Source of the DNA: the human T2T-CHM13v2.0 reference genome, Homo sapiens
NCBI RefSeq assembly: GCF_009914755.1
Contig: NC_060928.1
Strand: one strand, 5' to 3'
Length of the DNA: 64,000 nt
Every line of letters starts with the position of its first letter. Position 1 is the first letter of the stretch. Below are positions 45,075-64,000 of the stretch, one piece after another. Made by a program: the position numbers and the translations under genes. The notes beneath the pieces are model-generated. The model ran no database searches. It saw only the letters and a list, made by a program, of their open reading frames with translations, and had not been told where the DNA came from.

Positions 45075-45209
45075 AAACCATATCGGTATCTACGTTCAGA
45101 GCCTACATTCAGGCTCTTCCTTTATCCAGACAGCACCTAGATATTTCTTTGGGGAACCTACTTCTCCCTGCCTAGGGAATTTGTAGTAGTCAAGTGCTTT
45201 GAGTAGTGT

Positions 45210-45628
45210 TGTGTTAGTCAATTTTGCATTGCTGAAAAAGAATACCTGAGATTGGGTAATTTATAAAGGAAAGAGGTGTATTTGGCTCATAGTTCTACAG
45301 GCTGTACAGGCATGGCACCAGCAGCTGCTCAGCTTCTGGTGTGGCCTTAGGATGTTTTACTTGTGGCAGAAGGCTGATGGGGAGCAGGTGTGTCACATAG
45401 CAAGAAAGGGAACAAGAGAGAGAGGAGGAGGTACCAGTTTCCTTAAACAACCAGCTCTCATGTGAACTAATAGAGTGAAAACTCATTCATTACCTCAGGG
45501 CAGGCACCAAGCCATTCATGAGGGATCCACCCCTGTGACCCAAACACCTCCCACCAGACTCCACCCGCAACACTAGGGATCACATTTCAACATGAGACTT
45601 GGAGAGAACAATTATCCAAACCATATCA
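45210..45628 (-). mobile_element. MSTB solo LTR
   Basis: TG...CA ends; perfect 5-bp TSD agtgt (45205-45209, 45629-45633). Confidence 0.9.
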
Positions 45629-46159
45629 AGTGTGGGCTATGCCTGTAGCCATAAGCATAGGCTTTGATTGTTGGAAGTCAATCAATATTTTCTGGAGGCT
45701 TCATAGTGGTCCCTAGTAATGTCATCTCTTTTCTAACTAGATTCTGAACAATCAGTTGAGAGATAAACCAGAGTAATATCAAGGTCCCAAACAGCACTTT
45801 TATTGCCATACAGTAATTTGAACCAGCTAGAACACATGGTTCAAATCTGTTAAACAAGTGGACTCAACTCCAAATAATGCAGACCTAGGCACCCAGTCAT
45901 AGGCCGTGATGGACTTTGATAGGTCCTGCTACATGGATTAACAGAAGAGAACTCCTCTTCTCTGAGGGAAGTTCCCCAAATGGAATGGCAGTTCTGCCTT
46001 TCCAAAAGAAAACTGCGTAGAGCATTCTCAGTTAAGTTTTACAAAATTATCAATCAGATGGGTTGATATATCTTGCCAGAGCCAGAGAGGCTAGAGTTAC
46101 ACTAATTGAGACAACATTAGGCATGAGAAAGAAGCATTCTTCATAAAATATGCTAGTTC

Positions 46160-47307
<1,148 letters not shown>

Positions 47308-47688
47308 CTTATACCTCATCTATTTTAAAACCAGACTCAAATCTCATCACCTCTAAGAATGTTTCCATAATCAATCCTATGTACCTTTATATTACACTTG
47401 CCTGGGGCTGAGAGTTCTGGGTTACCTAGTGTATACTGTAATTTTTTTGCACTATTATCACTTATTAGTGTTTTCATGGTATATATTTTCTCTTTTTTCT
47501 TTCAGTCTGTGTCCTTAGAGTTTCTTGTGAACAGCATATAGTTGAGTCTTGTTTTTGTTAAAATTTAGTTTGACAATTTCCACTGTGATGTTATTCTATT
47601 TACATTAAATTTGCTATAGATATGATTGGTTTAATGGGCCCTATATGTTCTTTGTTATTCCTTTGTTGCTTGTTTACAAATTAAGTTA

Positions 47689-47750
47689 AGGAGAAGGAGA
47701 GGAGGAGGAGGAAGAGGAAGAGGAAGAAGAAGAAGAAGGAGGAGGCGGTG
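47689..47750 (+). repeat. (GAG/GAA)n trinucleotide tract
   Basis: Directly visible. Confidence 0.9.
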
Positions 47751-47990
47751 GCAGCTGGGCATGGTGGCTTATGCCTGTAATCCCAGCACTTTGGGAGGCT
47801 GAGGTTGAAGGATTGTTTGAGGCCACGAGTTCGCTACCAGCCTGGTCAATACAGCAAGACCCTGTCTCTATTAAAAAAAAAAAAAAAAAAAAAGTTGGCT
47901 GGGTGCAGTGGCTCACACCTGTAATCCCAGCACTTTGGGAGGTGGAGGCGGGCAGATCACGAGGTCAGGAGATTGAGACCATCCTGGCTA

Positions 47991-48225
<235 letters not shown>

Positions 48226-49204
48226 TCACTATTCTCAATATATCAGTATTATATATTATATGTTACATAAGGATTATTCAGTATTCATGTATATGTGTGT
48301 GTATATATATATATATATATGTATGTATTAGAGATGGGGTTTCACTTTGTTGCCCAGGCTAGTCTCAAACCCCTGGTTTCAAGTGATCTGCCTACCTCAG
48401 CCTCCCAAAGTGCTGAAAGTATAGGCATGAGCCACTGTGCCCAGCCAGTATTCTATTTTATCTTACCTATTGTTTTTCTAGTAATATCTCTTGGTATTTT
48501 TTTAGTGGTTACTAAAGATTACAATATGTGTTCTTACCTTTTCCTTATTTTATCATTTCATAAACAATGTAAGAAACTTACTACAGTATAATTTTATTAC
48601 CCTTCTGCCCTTGTGCAAATGTCATGTATTTTTTCATTATCGATTATTTTGCTATTCTATTTGCTTTAAATGGTCAATAGTCTCCTAAAGAAAGTTTCTA
48701 AAGAGTACTTTATGTTTTTTCACATCTTTGCCCATTCTGGTGGCGTTCACAGATTCCTGGAGAAAAACTTCGTTGAGTGTTACTCATAATGCTGGTCTTC
48801 AAGTGACAATTTTTTTCTGTTTCTGTTTTTATTTAGCTTTCATTTTTAAAGGGTGCTTTTGAAGGTATAGATTTCTAGGTTGACAGGTTTTGTTTGTTTG
48901 TTTGTTTTCCAGATGTCATTCCATCATTTTCTGTCTTCCGTTTTTTTTCTCTTAAGAAGTTAACCAACATTCTTATTTTTCTATTCATAAGCATAATAGA
49001 TCCTTTCCCCTGCCCTGGCTTCTTTTAAAATATCTCTAGGTATAGTTTTTTTTTTTTAAATCTAGCTTAGTGTTCACTGTGATTATTGGATATATGGGTT
49101 CATATCTTTCATCAATTTTAGAAAACTCTTGGCCACTATCTTTTAAAATATTTATTTTGCCCCAGTTTCTCCTCTGTTCCTGGATTCCAATTACCTGTAT
49201 GCTA

Positions 49205-49922
49205 GATATATGGTTTGAATGTGTCCTCCAGAGTTCACGTATTGAAAACTTAATCCTTGGCTGGGCACAGTGGCTAATGCCTGTAATACCAGCACTTTAG
49301 GAGGCCAAGGTGGATGGATCACAAGGTCAGAAATTTGAGACTAGACTGGCCAACATAGTGAAACCCCATCTCTACTAAAAATACAAAAATTAGCTAGGTG
49401 TGGTGGTGCATGCCTGTAGTCCCAACTACTCAGGAGGATGAGGCAGGAGAACCACTTGGACCTGGGAGGCGGAGGTTGCAGTGAGCCGAGACTGTGTCAT
49501 TGCACTCCATCCTCAGTGACAGAGTGAGACTCTGTCTCAAAAAGAAAAAAAGAAAATAGAAAACTTAATCCCCAATGCAACAATGTTGAGAGGTAGAATA
49601 TTTACAAGGTGATTAAGTCGCAAGGGCTCTGCCCTTGTGAATGGACTAATATAATCATGAGAGTGGGTTTATTATAGTGAGCATTAGTTTATGAGGAAAT
49701 CAATTTTAGCTCTCTCACTCTGTCATTCTCATGCATATACCTGCTCTCTTGCCCTTTCACCTTCTGTCATGAAATAACGCAGCAAGAAGGTCCTCAACTC
49801 ATGCAGGCCTTTCAACCTTGGACTTCCCAGACTTCAGAAATGTAAGAAATAAATCTCTGTTATTTATACATTATGCAGTCATGGGTACTCTGTTATAGCA
49901 GCATAAAACAGACTAAAAGACA
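49205..49922 (+). mobile_element. MST (MSTB1/2-like) LTR with nested AluS (49259-49560)
   Basis: tatggtttgaatgtgtcctcc...gtaagaaataaatctctgtt...ctgttatagcagcataaaacagactaa; Alu TSD gaaaacttaatcc. Confidence 0.85.
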
Positions 49923-50749
49923 ACTCAGTTGCCTAATATTTACTTTTAGTCTCTGATTCTTTGTTCCCCATTTTTGTTTTCCTCATTCTTTTATTCTGTT
50001 TTCAATTTGAATAATTTTTACTGACCTATCTTGCAGTTCACTTATTCTTTTTTCTGCTATATTGATTTGTTATTAAACTTATACAATCAATACTTCATTT
50101 TAGATATTGTTATTTTTTTAGTTCATTTTCTTATTTTAGCTGAGATTCTCTTATCTCTTGTTTCACTCATCTTTTTATCTAAATTGTTTAACATATTTGT
50201 AATAGTTATTTGAAAATTTTTGTCTGCTAATTCTAACACTAGGGTTACCTGTGAGTCTGCTTTTATTGAGTTTTTTTTCTTTTCATTATGGGTCATATTT
50301 CCCCCCCTTTTTTTTACATATTTTGCATTTCTTGTTTTAGACTTCCGTGTGTGTATGAGTATTTATAAATAATATTTACCACCACCACCCCTGCTCCCCA
50401 CTGCACCAAGATGATTCCCTTTCCTCTATCAGGAAGCTAGGTTTGGTTGGGGGTAATCTCTTCAGTCTAATCAGAACTTGGGGTTGCCACTTTTGTTGAT
50501 TTCAGTTCAATCCACTTATGGTATTGTATGTCTTAGGCATGATCCAGTTTCTTTTCTCTGATAGGGCTTTGAAATTTTAGCATCATGAGATCCCTATGCT
50601 TTCCAGCCCAGTCATCAGTTTCTTGTTTCACGAGAGTCAAGCAGGTAATTTTAACAAGTAAAGTCAGCCAGATGGGGACTATTGTGATCTGGAGGGCAGG
50701 GGGAACCACAAATCAACTCTATTCTACTGACACCATTCAAGAATTTGAG

Positions 50750-50930
50750 TCCTGGTTGTCAGATTTTCCTTTTCTTTTCTAAAAGAATCCTGAAATTCAG
50801 ATCCTTATGTGTATTTCCCAGTATTTTCTGTTGGCTAATCATTTAAAAATCTTTCAAAGCACAGCTCAGGCCTGACAAAATATATCTTTTTCCTTAATTC
50901 AGTCCATGGACCACTAGTTTTCAGTCTCCA
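50750..50930. mobile_element. hAT-Charlie MITE relic (MER103-like)
   Basis: ggttgtcagatttt...aaagaatcctgaaattcagat...gttggctaatcattt...gtccatggaccactagttt. Confidence 0.5.
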
Positions 50931-50989
50931 ATGTCATCCAGCTGCTTCGTGTTAGGTAATAAGGCCCAAACAGTACTTAACCTAACTCA

Positions 50990-51738
<749 letters not shown>

Positions 51739-52759
51739 TTAGTATTATCTCCAGATAATTAAGGAAATAGACAAAACAACTCAAACATACAAGTTCTAAT
51801 GTTTTTATCACACAAACATATACGAATTTTGCCCTGTATTCTTGGAGAAACACAACCATTTTCTCCCTACAACTTGCTTCTCTAGCAATAGGATCTGCCA
51901 GAGAATACAGCTATGAGTATGTTTTCCAGGAAAAATTTGTTGTATTTTAAATTGACAATTTTTTCATCTTTTCATATGAAAGCCTTATTTGCTATTTATA
52001 GAGGCCTATTGTTTTAGCTGCCTACCTGGTTGGAGTGACAAAGAACCAGCTTTTCTTGCTGAAAACTGAACTAAACCATTTTAATACTCCTGCTTCCCTA
52101 GACAAACTTTTTCTAAATAAACATAATCATGGGTGCTGGGTGTTTTATTTTGTAATTAAAGCCTAAAATCATCCCTTGTCTTATATTCCTCTTCACATCT
52201 ATACATATACTCATCCTTTTCTACCTCCCTCATGCACAGAACCACAAATTTACAACTGACTGAAATGAATATGTTTCATGATGTATTTATTTTTCTCTCC
52301 AAGTTCTGCAAGAAAAACTGTCTAGAAGCCAGTGACCATTAATAACTCCTTTCTTGCCAAGTAGCTACTGGTATTTGTTCAAAACATATTCATAGCTTGC
52401 CACTCTAACAACTTGGAAAGTAGTTTAAAATCACTACCATCCTTTTCCATCCCACAGCAATTTTGCATTTCAGTGCTTCACTGGACATCTCAGGAATAAT
52501 CAATAGGACTCAGATTTTCCTCTTAACTTGTAGGGTAGAACTTTGATTGGTAGGGATGTCAAATCTTGGAAGGTTTGACTAAACCCCACTTCCTTCTCCT
52601 TCCCCTCAATGTGGGCATCCCTAAGACTCTGTCCTTTTCTTGCTCCTAATTTTCTTCCTCAGAGCTCTCACCTCTCCCGTGGGATCAATGATTCCTTTCA
52701 TAAAGATGGTTGGTAGAACTATCATCTTACTATGTTTGTGTTCTTATATGTAACATTGT

Positions 52760-53446
<687 letters not shown>

Positions 53447-53810
53447 AAAGTTTCTTTTCTAACATCTCGTATAAAGACTTCTCTTCTAAGCTCCATCTCC
53501 ACACTTCCAGCTGTAGTGGATACTTTTCTTAGTTGTGCTATGGCTGATCAATCCTTCTGTATGAAACTCCTACTCCTCAGTAACTCAGGCTTAAGAAATA
53601 TAAGGTAGCTTTTACTTTTCATCTCTTTTATTGTCATTATTCCAACTTAGACTCTTAATATTTTTACCTCTACCTCCAATTCATACTGTTCTATCTTGCT
53701 AAACTAAACTTAAAATATCTTCTGTCACTTTCCTTTCCAATACCCTCTAGCTTATTAAATAATTTCTAAAATTCTTAGCTAAATGTCAGAGGCCCTCTTG
53801 ATCTATTCCT

Positions 53811-54549
<739 letters not shown>

Positions 54550-55492
54550 CTAGCCGACATTTTTAGTTTCCATATCAGTTGATTAATCTCAACAGAGTCA
54601 ACCATCCACTCCACTCCATCTGTATCTATTAAACTCATTAAATGCCTTGTGTTTTCCTGCCTGAATATCTTGGCCATGCGATTTCCTATATCTGGACAGC
54701 CTTTCTCTCTCTCTTCACTATCTCCTCCTACACATCTTCCTGTGGATTGCAGCACACACTGATGTCTCTCTTTTCTCTCTTTAGTAATTATTGTAAATCT
54801 CTCTTTTACTTCTTAGCAAATAACTGTCTTGGAATTATTTTTCCACTTTTCTATGTCTTAGTTTCCAGCTAGATTGTACATTCCTGGAGTCAGGGACTAT
54901 GTCATTTACTTATTCATTCCATAGTGACTGAGTACCTCTGGAATGTTTTTGGCCCTCTGCTGGGGTTACAAATTGGTTTGTGGTGTGCTCACTGCTTTTA
55001 AGTTGCTCACATGGGGATATAGACACAAAGGCAAATTATTGCAATTCAATATGATAATGGCTTTAGTGGAGCCACAGACAGAAAAAGAATAGCTAACCTT
55101 ACCTAGGGGAACTGAAAAGGGCTTATACTTGACATTTCCACATTGACCAATGATCCCCTAAAGAATCACATAAATTCCTTGTAGGTGATAACTCATGATT
55201 TTCACAATTGATTTTTCTGTCACTCTAGAGAAACCATTAGTCTTTTCATGAATTTGTCTGCAGTATTCACATGTGTGGATGTTTTTAAACTACCGAATGT
55301 TAGGAAAAATTGTCAGGCCCTAATGAATTAGAATTTTTTTTGCAATTCAAATTTACAATGGGTACATATAGACCCCTACCTTGAAGACGGTGTTCCAGGA
55401 GTCAGGAAATTGCTGCAGTACATGGTCTACTTCCCAAAGCCTGGATGATTGGTGAAGAATGGATGTCTGGAGAATAAAGTGATAGTATTCAA

Positions 55493-55815
55493 GGCCAGGC
55501 ACAGTGGCTTATGCCTGTAATCCTAGCACTTTGGGTGATTCTCTTGAGCCCAGGAGTTCAAGACCAGCCTGGGCAACATGGTGAAACCTCATCTCTACAA
55601 AAAATACACACACACACACAAAATAGCCAGGGATGGTGGCATGTGCCTGTGATCCTAGCTACTTGGGAGGTTAAGGTGGGAGGATTGCTTGAGGCCAGGA
55701 GTTGGAGGCTGCAGTGAGCTATGATTGTTCACCGCACTCCAGCCTGAGTGACAAAAAGAGATCCTGTCTCAAAAAAAAAAATACATAAAAATAAATACAT
55801 AAAATAAAAATAGAA
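55493..55815 (+). mobile_element. AluJ
   Basis: Dimeric Alu with (CA)n in the linker; TSD-like gatagtattca / gatactattca. Confidence 0.92.
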
Positions 55816-55906
55816 TAAAAAGAGGATACTATTCAGGTAACACCCAGTACTCAAAAGAAAAGATGGTAAAACTTTTAAAGATTATGTTATTTTTGATGGG
55901 GGGACG

Positions 55907-56313
55907 TGTCTTAGTGCATTCCTGCTGCTGTAATAAAATGCCACAGACTGAGTAATTATAAATATTAGAAATTTATTTCTCCTAGTTTTGGAGACTGGGG
56001 AGTCCAAGTTCAAGGCTCAGACACATTTGGTGTCTGGTGGGGACCCACTGTCTGTTTCCAAGATAGCGCCTTGTTGCTATATCCTCCAGAGAGGATGAAC
56101 GCTATGTTCTTACCTGGTGGAAAGGATTGTAGGATAAAAGAGACTAAGATGCTGTCTTCAACCTTTTTTATAGGAACACTAATCTCATTCCTAAGGATGG
56201 AGTGCTTATGACTTAATTGCTTCCCAAAAGGCCCCCACCTCTTACTGTTATCACATTGGGTGTTAGGTTCCAACATGAATTTTGGAGAAAAACACACATT
56301 CAAATCATAGGCA
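55907..56313 (-). mobile_element. MSTC-like solo LTR
   Basis: tgtcttagtgcattcctgctgctgtaataaaatgccacagactg...caacatgaattttggag...attcaaatcatag. Confidence 0.85.
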
Positions 56314-56642
56314 AGTGGGAATCTTATATGTAGATATTTTCATTTCTCTTCCCTTCTCATAAGGTCCATACCTCAAAGCCTGCTGGATGTCGCTGATTTC
56401 ATGTGTTAAAGAAGGAAAACCCTTTCCTGCCTCTGAGGACTTTTGCCTAGAGTTCAGTTAATTAGGAAAGGGGAAAAACTAGTCTTGAGAATCTGCCCCT
56501 AATGGGATGACATCCCAGCTCTTTAACGCTGCATCTATGATATTCCTCACCTGTACATCCAGTTAAATGAGACCATTTATTGCTTTATTCAACAGTTACT
56601 TGTTGAAGGTCTATTGTCTGCCAGAGGCTCAGAGTAAATCAC

Positions 56643-57335
56643 TGTTAGTCCATTTGTGCTGCTATAACAAAATATCCAAAACTAGGTAATTTATAAACAA
56701 GAGAAATTTATTTCTTACAGTTCTAGAGGCTGAGAAGTCCAAGATTAAGGTGCTGGCAGGGTCAGTGCCTGGCGAGGGCTGCTCTCTGCTTTCGGATGGT
56801 GCCTTGTTGCCGTATCTTCCAGAGGGGATGAATACCATGTCTGCACATGGTGGAAGGACAAAAAAGGGGCTCTGCAACTCACTTGAGCTTTTTTTATAAG
56901 GAGATTTATCCTATTCATAGAGCCCTCATGACCTAATCACCTCCCCAAAGCCCCACCTCTTTTTTTTTTTTTTTGAGACAGGGTCTCATTCTGTCAACCA
57001 GGCTGGAATGCAGTGGCATGATCATGGCTCACCGCAGTCTCAAACCGAAACGATCCTCTTACCTCAATTTCCTGAGTAGCTGGGACTACAGATGTGCACC
57101 ATTATACCTGGCTAATTTAAAAAAATTGTTTTTGTAGAGATGGGGGTCTCACTATGTTGCCCAGGCTGGTCTTGAACTCCTGGGCTCAAGCAAACCTTCC
57201 ACCTTGGCCTCCCAAAAAATGCTGGAATTACTGGCATGTGCCACCAAGCCTGGCCCAAGCCCCACCTATTGATGTCATTGCCTTAGGGGTTAAGTTCCAA
57301 CATGAATTTTGGAGGGACACATTCAAACCATAGCA
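56643..57335 (-). mobile_element. MSTC-like solo LTR with nested AluJ (56959-57256)
   Basis: TG...CA ends; perfect 5-bp TSD atcac (56638-56642, 57336-57340); Alu TSD aagccccacct. Confidence 0.9.
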
Positions 57336-57674
57336 ATCACAGGAATGGTGTTTACCTTTTTGGAGCCGACACAGATAAAATAGAGTCACAAACAAGAATT
57401 AATTAGAAACAGTGATAGGTTTTATCAAGGAAGCACAAATGTCAGCAACAGAGAAAAATTAGGTAGGACTCTCTGTGTTTGCCCAGAGAAGTGTGTTCCA
57501 AGGAGGTGACATTAAAGTTGGCAGAAAGATGAGGAAGAGCCAGGCAGCCTTAGAGTAGAGGGAGTGTCCCAGGAAAGAGAGAACTGTGTGTATGAGAGGG
57601 TCCCAGGATGGGGGGACAGGGAGAGAGGAGGGCTGGAGAGCACTAACCCCATCTAACTGGCAGGGATATGACAT

Positions 57675-57840
57675 GGGAGTTAAAGAGTACAGACTCAGGA
57701 ACCAGATTGACCTGGTTCAAGTCTCCACTCTGCCTCTGCTAACGCTGTGATTTCATGTAAGCTTCGAGTTCAATTTTTCAGTTGTCTCATCTATAAAATG
57801 GAGGTTAAACATAATACTTGTCTCATAGGGTTTCAGGAGA
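57675..57840. mobile_element. MIR relic
   Basis: gacctggttcaagtctccactctgcc...tcagttgtctcatctataaaatgg. Confidence 0.7.
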
Positions 57841-57934
57841 AGCCATAAACCCACTTTTTAACATGAACTCTCCCAATTTTTAAATTTTGGTCACTTATTT
57901 GGAAAGATTAAAAAAAAAAAAACTGAGTAAATTG

Positions 57935-58495
<561 letters not shown>

Positions 58496-58980
58496 CCAAA
58501 CTGAGTATTTAACTCCATTTGTGAACTCTTTATGACTTGGGGGGGGTCACTAGTTTACAGTCTTTTATTTGGTGCCTCATATGGCCCATAGTTTGGATTT
58601 TTTCCCTCAAGTTTTATGGGAATTCATTGAGATGACATAATCTGACCTATGTTTTAAAGATGATGTGACTGCAGACCAGAAAATGGATTAGAGAGGGCAA
58701 CGGGGAAGCAGTAAGACTGTTAAGACTTGGATGCAATTTCTAGAATGACCCTAGAATGCTTTAATGACTCAGCTCAGCTGTTTAGTTACTTCCTTTTCCA
58801 TTTGCTCCCATCCCCAAACTCCCGTTAGTCCAGAGTCATTCTGAGACTTTCTTAAGGCTTCATCCATTTACATTTGGAAGCCTCTGCCCATATTATCTAT
58901 GTATTTGTTCATTCATCCATTCATTCAACAGACACTTACTTAGTATTTTTCTCTGTGCCAGGTACTGTTCACTGTTCTAA

Positions 58981-59331
<351 letters not shown>

Positions 59332-59687
59332 TATTATCCCATTTTACAGGTGTCTTGTCCCAGTCAACACTGCTAGAATGAGGAAGAGCTTTTAACTGGG
59401 CAGTCAGACTCCAGAGTCTGATTAGAGTTTGCCTTTAATCGTGATCTTTTGCTGCCATGGCATCCTGCATTAAATAAAAGTACACATAAGTCTGTTAGGG
59501 AGAAATGGTGGGGATTGCTATGACTTTGCCTTTGAAAATATTTATTCCTGAATCTTACTAAATTTATGGCAGACCTTGAGTTTCTCAGCAATCACCAGGC
59601 ATAATACAAAAATCTTGCAATTCAAAAAATCTAACCTACAACTGATTTTCAAATGTGGTGAAATGTTTATGAACACTAATTAACAGT

Positions 59688-60710
<1,023 letters not shown>

Positions 60711-61689
60711 TTACTTCCATGAACCCTGGAACCCCTAAGTATCTAAAGTCCTGAACTCAGTGGCCTGAGGGATGGGCTGGCCTCACAGTGCTCCCAGTCT
60801 CTATCCTCCACCTCTGATCCTTTCCTGTCTGTATCTGGGATCCTGGCCCCTACTGGTTCAGGCCCTACTGACTGAAACCCTGCTCCAAATCCCTGCCTAG
60901 AATTGAGCTCCTGCTGCTTTGCTTTCCTCTTGCCAGTCCTGCCATAGGGCACTGGAGTTTTGCCCTGCAGATCAGGGGATTGAGTTCCAGATCCCCTGGC
61001 CTCACCTGCCCTCTGTGTAGTGTCTGCGGCTGGATTCCCTCTCATTTAGCCTACCTGGATTGCAAGTCACAGGAGCTGACCATTTCCGAACAAAACCCTG
61101 AGAGCCAAATCCGTTGTGTTTCTTGGACGTTGTGCCAGTCCAGTCAGTACCTCTATTTGGCAGCTCTATCGTGCCAGCCTCCATTCCACCCTGGAACTCA
61201 GGGCGGGTGATGGATCCACTTTGTTGGTTTTTCTGCCTTTTCTCCCACTATCTCTGATGGACCTTCTGGGTACTGAGTAGCACTTCCTTTACATCTGCTT
61301 ATGTGATTATTTGGATTATTTATGTCTTCCTTGTTACTCATAAGTTCTGCAAAGGTGAGGCTCAACACTGATTTTGCACAGCATTGTATCCCAGAATCTA
61401 ACAGTGCCAGGCACTTAGATGGTGCTCCGCATATTTTTATTGGATAGATTAATGACACTGAGGTGCATTTTGTATTTACCCTTCCTGTTCTGTTCCCTTT
61501 TTTTCTCTTCCCTTTTTCATTTTTTCCTAGTTCCTCTACTCTCTTGGCTTCTTCAAATTCTTAATCTTTTTATCTGATAAGAGATGGTTCTCCTTTCCCT
61601 GTTCATGTATTTTGAATCAAAGGGCTGCTATTTCCCATTTCCATCTTCATTTTCAAATGTGTGGTCATACAATGCTGTTCCAAATATAT

Positions 61690-62215
<526 letters not shown>

Positions 62216-62219
62216 ATAT

Positions 62220-62360
62220 GGCCAGGTGCAGTGGTGCATATCTATAGTCCCGGCTACTCAGAAGGCTGAGGCAGAAGGATCGTTCGAGCCCAGTAGTTGG
62301 AGACCCAGCCTAGGCAACAAAGCAAGAACCTGTCTCAAAACCACAACAACACAAAAAACA
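62220..62360 (+). mobile_element. FLAM-type Alu monomer
   Basis: Single monomer with A-rich tail. Confidence 0.8.
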
Positions 62361-62711
62361 AGCGGCAGCTTCAGCAAATGGAATTATAAGGTGGATGTAT
62401 AGTACTCTCAAACACCATAACACTGAAAAAAAAAATCAGAGGAAAAAGAGAACTAAACTCTGCACAGGAAAAAAGGCAGTGGGTAGTATTTTTCAAATGT
62501 CTTGACATTCTAAGAAGTCTCTCAACAGTTAATAAATACGATTTTCTTTGGAAACTGCCTGTGAAATATTTTAATATTTAAGATTTGTTTTGGTTATTAA
62601 GCTTATGTAACATGCCAAGGCAGAAATTAAGTTACAAAAATTCTTGTCACAGTTGGATATGACAACAACCCATTAGTCTAGACCTTAAAATGAAACTAGT
62701 TCATACAGTAA

Positions 62712-63018
62712 TTTTTTTTTTTTTTTTGAGACAGGAGCTTGCTCTGTCATCCAGGCTGGAGTGCAGCATGCAACGCCAGCTTACTGAAACCTCTGCCTCC
62801 TGGGCTTAAGCCATCCTCTCACCTCAGCCTCCCGAGTAGCTGGGACTACAAGCGCATGCCACCACACCCAGCTAATTTTCTTTTTTTTTTTGATGTTTTG
62901 TTGAGACAGGGTCTCACTATATTGCCCGGGCTGTTCTCTAACTCCTGGGCTCAAATGATCCTCCTGCCTCAGCCTCTCAAAGTGTTGCAATTACACGCGT
63001 GAGCCACCACAACCCACC
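62712..63018 (-). mobile_element. AluJ
   Basis: Dimeric Alu. Confidence 0.92.
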
Positions 63019-63376
63019 CATAATAAATATTTGTAATTTCTACAATGCTTGTCATCTGCAGCCCTTCAATGACCAGCAAACACAAATAGCCTTATTTTCC
63101 TGTGGTTGAATACATTTCATAACACCTGGTAGCCAAGCTTACTCTGAGCCCCATGAGACAGGAAGGGAAGTATATGCTTAGATCAAGACACTTTGTATCT
63201 TGCAAGAAAAGAAATGGGTGCTAAAAGGTAAGTGGCCTGACAACATTTCCTAGAGAAATGCGTGAGGTATGGGGAACTCTGAGTAGAGCCCAGATTTTTC
63301 TTCTGGGAATCATCAGCTCTGAGGAATTAAGGGAAAGGTGAAATCATGGTTTGTCCTGTGTTGAAAAGTTTAGTAA

Positions 63377-64000
<624 letters not shown>

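Overview
Primate (human-like, catarrhine) non-coding genomic DNA, intergenic or deep intronic, made mostly of interspersed repeats: roughly 60 Alu copies or monomers, several L1s (L1PA, L1MA, L1MB, older L1M), two independent solo LTR12 (ERV9) LTRs, other ERV1/ERVL/MaLR solo LTRs, DNA-transposon MITEs, L2/MIR relics and one U13 snoRNA retrocopy. I can support no protein-coding gene: the listed ORFs I could assign are Alu, L1, LTR12 or low-complexity translations, and I recognise no protein family in the rest. I found no new biological system in the sense of a gene or operon. The strongest unexplained structure is architectural. A near full-length L1MA element is split into two halves on opposite strands (16281-19750 minus, 28234-33075 plus). 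Its target-site duplication, and that of an Alu inserted into it, are both now in inverted orientation. This indicates a ~13 kb inversion between two inverted Alus (~19.75-20.0 kb and ~33.1-33.4 kb). Smaller oddities include a fold-back duplication in that L1, probable L1 3' transductions and a MER41 fragment captured inside an Alu. Subfamily names come from recalled consensus sequences and need RepeatMasker/Dfam confirmation. Boundaries without a stated TSD are approximate.
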